This document shows positions 60,001 to 64,000 of a stretch of 64,000 bases of DNA, piece by piece. The position numbers and the translations under genes were made by a program. Source of the stretch: Pachysolen tannophilus NRRL Y-2460 (Eukaryota). Position 1 is the stretch's first letter, and every line of letters starts with the position of its first letter. Location: positions 1,272,502-1,336,501 of the forward strand of contig KV454013.1 in NCBI GenBank assembly GCA_001661245.1, read 5' to 3'. The notes under the pieces were generated by a model. It saw only the letters and a program-made list of their open reading frames with translations, was not told where the DNA came from and did not search any database.

Positions 60001-62928
60001 TTTTTTTTGTGTTCTCAACTATTTAAAGTTGCTGATTTGTTATTAGATGGTTTGGCAAGCCATAAAAGAAAGAATGACCAGCCGCTAATGTTTTTGGTTG
60101 TGGCGATATCGTTCAACTGTTTGCTATTTTGGGAGTGCAGACAGATTTACAACAGATATAATCCGGGAAGAGATATGATCAGCGTTGATGACTACTTGCT
60201 TGAGCTTTTTGGATTGTACTTTTACCATCTAATCAATACCTTTTCATCAGAACATTTTGAAAAAGCTTTAATTAAGGAAAATGGTACAACTTCTTATTAC
60301 TATGAATCTTTGTTCATAATAAAATCACTTTGTGAGTCCCCGGATTCGATTCCTGAGTTATCATATTGGTCCTTAATAACTGAAGCTTTTGAAAAAAGCG
60401 TTACTACGACCAGATTTAAATGGTTTATGGAGTATATATTAATCTTCGCAAGTTTCAGTAAACGAAGCTATTTGCATAAATGGGGACCAGTTTATGCTGT
60501 GATCGATAAGTTCATCAAAAATCCTAACTTGATATCACAGGATTTACAATTACTGTTCTTCGAAAAATCTATTGAATTGATTTTTGAGCTTCATGAAAAC
60601 TTTGGTTGGGAACTAGAAGAAGAAGTAATAATAAGAGTTTATAATATCATTGGTTGTAAAAAATTTGGTAATTTCAAAAACGAACCGAGAGATTTTTCTG
60701 TTCGACTAATCAATGGAAACAGATCTACTTTAGCTAAATATTTTTCATTATTAAGGTTATATTTATCGAAATCGGGATCTAAAAACTCAAAATTAATAGA
60801 AAAAATTGTTCCTGTTAGTCATTTGCGAGTACATGAAAATGATGGTTCATGGATGCAAATTTTTTGTAATAGAATAAATTTATTATTAACATATTCAGAT
60901 TTATTTCATAAGGATTACTCAAATCATTTATTAACATTAATGAAGCCTACTCTTGGCAGTAATGACATCAACGTTTTAGAAATTGAGTTGAAAGCATCAC
61001 TTTTAATCTTTAAGTTGAATTTAGGAAATTCATTTCAAATACCCTACTACATGTTTAACGAACTATTTTCGAAAGTAGTTGAAAAGTGTAATAACAGCTT
61101 GAATGGTATTTCACAATGGAAAGATGAGGAAATCCTGAAAATCAATTGTATATTGTCTGACTTCGTAAATGAGATTTCATTTTTAGTTAATAGTTTCAAA
61201 GATAACTATAAAATGTTATCCAAAACTTTGAGGAGTATAACATTGTTATTTTCAATTCAATTCCAATCAACATTGAAATTGAATAAATTATTGGATAATT
61301 TAATTCGTTTCTCGAAAACCTGTATGGACTGCATAAAAATGATTCCAACATCCGAAAGGGTTGTAGTGAAATATATTAATGGGGATTTTTTTCAGCGGTT
61401 AAGCAATCTCATAAAGTTGGAAATATCATCAATAACGGATAAATATTTGCATTACAATGAATTTTTGATATCAAGATTGATTATTTTATTTTGCGATGTG
61501 GCAGATTATTTAGTTCAACATAATTTGAATCTGTGGCATACTTTACTCTGGTCGTGGTCTTTTTTTGGCACTTTAGAGCAAAGATCACATTATGAACTTG
61601 TTTTCTACGAAAAGATTTTACAATATGTAGGATTTGATGTTTATAAAAGTCACATTGATGAATTTTTTGGAGCATTTGCTAGAAATCTTCCTAAATTGTC
61701 GAACAGTAATGTATTCAAATATCTTTTATGCTTATATAAAAAAGATTCGAATAATCCGTTTTTAAGTTTCAGGAAGGAGGTAAATTTGAATAATATCACT
61801 AAATTACAATTCGATTCTTCACGAGTTCAGATTGTGATCACATTTATTATAAACATTAAGAAGGCCTCTAGGGAATCTACCTCTTCGTTCAAAAAATCTG
61901 AGTTTCTCTTGAATGAACTAGTTAGTGGATTGAGACAAGAATACCAGTTACAAAAAAGAAAAATTATTCAATTTAATTGGTATTCTCATTTTACAACAAA
62001 AATTGTTAAATATATCAATTATTCGTCGCTTGATTTGGTAAAAACGTCAAAAGATTTTTCATTTTTGAGAAAGGAATTGAATATATCGACATTTGAAAAT
62101 TTGGATCACAGTTCAGAGTTCAAGCATAAATTAGTTTCGTGTAAGAACGAGGCAGATAAAATCATAGTTATTGAGGAAGAGTTTATCTCTTCAATCATCC
62201 AGAGAAGTCAAGTCGAGTTTATCAAAAACTTTAAATCCTCGCTACTTGAGACTTTTAAGGATGCTTATTATGAAGATGATGCAGAACTATTTGGAAAAGA
62301 CTACACCTCATCATTGTTTTTCTCTTTATGTTCGTTGATATCCATACACTTGCATTTACTGTCGATTCATAGCACTTCCACAAATTGGTATTTTTTGTAT
62401 CAATACACATCAATGCTCGTTGATAGCGTTGTTGACAAAGGCTCTCTTTGTACTTATGATCTTCATTGTATTTTGAACTTAGTGGATGCCTTGAAACATC
62501 TTGCGTCTGTTAAATTAAACCAACCTACATTCTTAAAATTAAATTTAAGAGTGATGACGATGAGTAAGGTTTACGATTTGTTAGTAGCATTATATCATTT
62601 GTTTACCACATATAAAGACCAACTGAACTATTTAGAATTTATCAAGCCGTATTTGGACTCAAAATTTTATTTGTTTGAGTTTGGGAAAATTCCCTATGAG
62701 ACCTTCAAGGTACCCGACTCTTACATTGAAACTATAAAGAATATTTTAAAAAGACATGATATTACTGACATAATAGATGAAATTGCTGACGTTGATATAA
62801 TTGAGGTTAGAAACACAGAGCAAAATTTACGATTAAACTATCAGAGGTTCAAATATAATGTTGAAGGTAACAACAATTACATTGAAAGCACAAATACATT
62901 TATAAATGAATTAACTGTTTTTATTTAA
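57065..62928 (+). CDS. MMS22: Mms22/Mus7 DNA-repair adaptor; apparent frameshift at A9 59020-59028
   Basis: MDVIPDSD start, acidic N-terminus, LKGVLPGSY, GLAKRK, INYMLS; large helical C-terminal ORF open from 59005; divergent from BUD6 as YLR320W/YLR319C. Confidence 0.8.
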
Positions 62929-63242
62929 AGTTAATTTTAGTTTTTTTTTTTTTTTTGGGGAGGTTTTATTTGATTTATTTAGTTTTATTTTTCAAATTTT
63001 TGGGTGTAATAATTTAATTTTTTAATAAGGATGGTTTAAATAAAAGATTTAATTTAATCTACAATTACAATTAATTATACTCAATAAAAATTCATTTAAA
63101 TTGATACATCTCAATCAATTCACGAAAAAATTTTGATAAGCAAAATTTAAGTCGATCTGAGTATATAACAAGATACAGGATCTTGAAATATTTTATTATA
63201 ATGTCGTTTTCATACCTACCAATCACTAATTTTTTCAAAAAT

Positions 63243-64000
63243 TTAACTTGAAATAGTAACGGTGGTACCACTTTCGCTTAACCAGTCAGAAACTGTGTCA
63301 GAATCAATTGTCGATTCAAAAGAGGTACTGTTATCAACGACGGTAATATGAACTTCACTGTCATAGAAGATGACTGCAGCTTTCATTGTAGAAGAAGTTG
63401 GTCTAGCGAAGTAATCTTGAGAACCACCACCACCGTCAGAGGTACCGTTATCACCTTCACCATCGTGTAAGTGAGAAATTAATTTGTCTTCACCTGCAGA
63501 TAAAATTTCGAATAAATCAAGTTCACCACAACCAGTTGCCCAACATGAACAAGTGCCATATTGAGTAGTTCTTGGGATCTTGGCATTTAATAACCAAATA
63601 GCTGGCATATCGTAGTTTTCGGTTGTATCTGAAACAGTTGATTCAGTTGGCATTAAAAATTCGAAAACAAACATTTTTGAGGCACCAGCAAATCCATGAT
63701 AAGCTGGAATGTCAGATCTATAATAACCACAATCACCAACCGAAGTGTCACTACATTCAGAACCTGAGAAAATTATGTATTCAACATCAGAGGCAATAGT
63801 AACCTCATCCAAAGCAACAGCTTCTGATGCTGCGGTAGTACCATCTGAGTTACAGTAGGATAAAGAGTTACCAAAACATGTTGACCAAGTACCTGAACCA
63901 TTAACTCCACCTAAATTATTCATGAAAGTGACATTAGTAGTTGAACCCGGTTCATAGTAAGAAACTCTTTCCCAACCACTTGTTGAAGTCGATGAGGAAG
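63243..64000 (-). CDS. TOS1: TOS1-like secreted/cell-wall protein (DUF2401/GH16-like), 5' end outside window
   Basis: KMFVFEFLMP, YDMPAIWLLNAKIPRTTQY, CSCWATGCGELDLFE; frame open to the window edge; no GPI-type tail. Confidence 0.75.
   Translation of the reverse strand, partial: SSSTSTSGWERVSYYEPGSTTNVTFMNNLGGVNGSGTWSTCFGNSLSYCNSDGTTAASEAVALDEVTIASDVEYIIFSGSECSDTSVGDCGYYRSDIPAYHGFAGASKMFVFEFLMPTESTVSDTTENYDMPAIWLLNAKIPRTTQYGTCSCWATGCGELDLFEILSAGEDKLISHLHDGEGDNGTSDGGGGSQDYFARPTSSTMKAAVIFYDSEVHITVVDNSTSFESTIDSDTVSDWLSESGTTVTISS

Overview
AT-rich budding-yeast (Saccharomycotina) nuclear DNA from a draft assembly with four N-gaps. It carries about 27 protein genes (MEF2, RFA2, IRC20, YEF3, PGS1, MOCS2B/MoaE, MRP7, SGF29, GBP2/HRB1, MNN2-like, APS1, PYP1, SSP120, YNL011C-like, SPO1, RCK2, RER1, a Zn2Cys6 factor, EFB1, SFH1, NKP2-like, TAD3, EST2, IPK1, BUD6, MMS22, partial TOS1-like), two tRNAs and an intronic snR18. 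Nine spliceosomal introns were reconstructed by hand. The main unexplained structure is a ~6.75 kb gene-free interval (36679-43431). It shows a C-rich to G-rich strand-skew switch and is flanked by orthologues of genes that are centromere-linked in S. cerevisiae, so it is a good candidate regional centromere/origin, possibly joining arms linked to two different ancestral centromeres. CTG codons fall at non-Leu positions, suggesting a reassigned CUG code; with Moco genes present this fits a Pachysolen-like yeast (inference only). PGS1 and MMS22 are each broken at an A9 run, most likely homopolymer errors. Gene names come from recalled motifs and synteny, not database searches.
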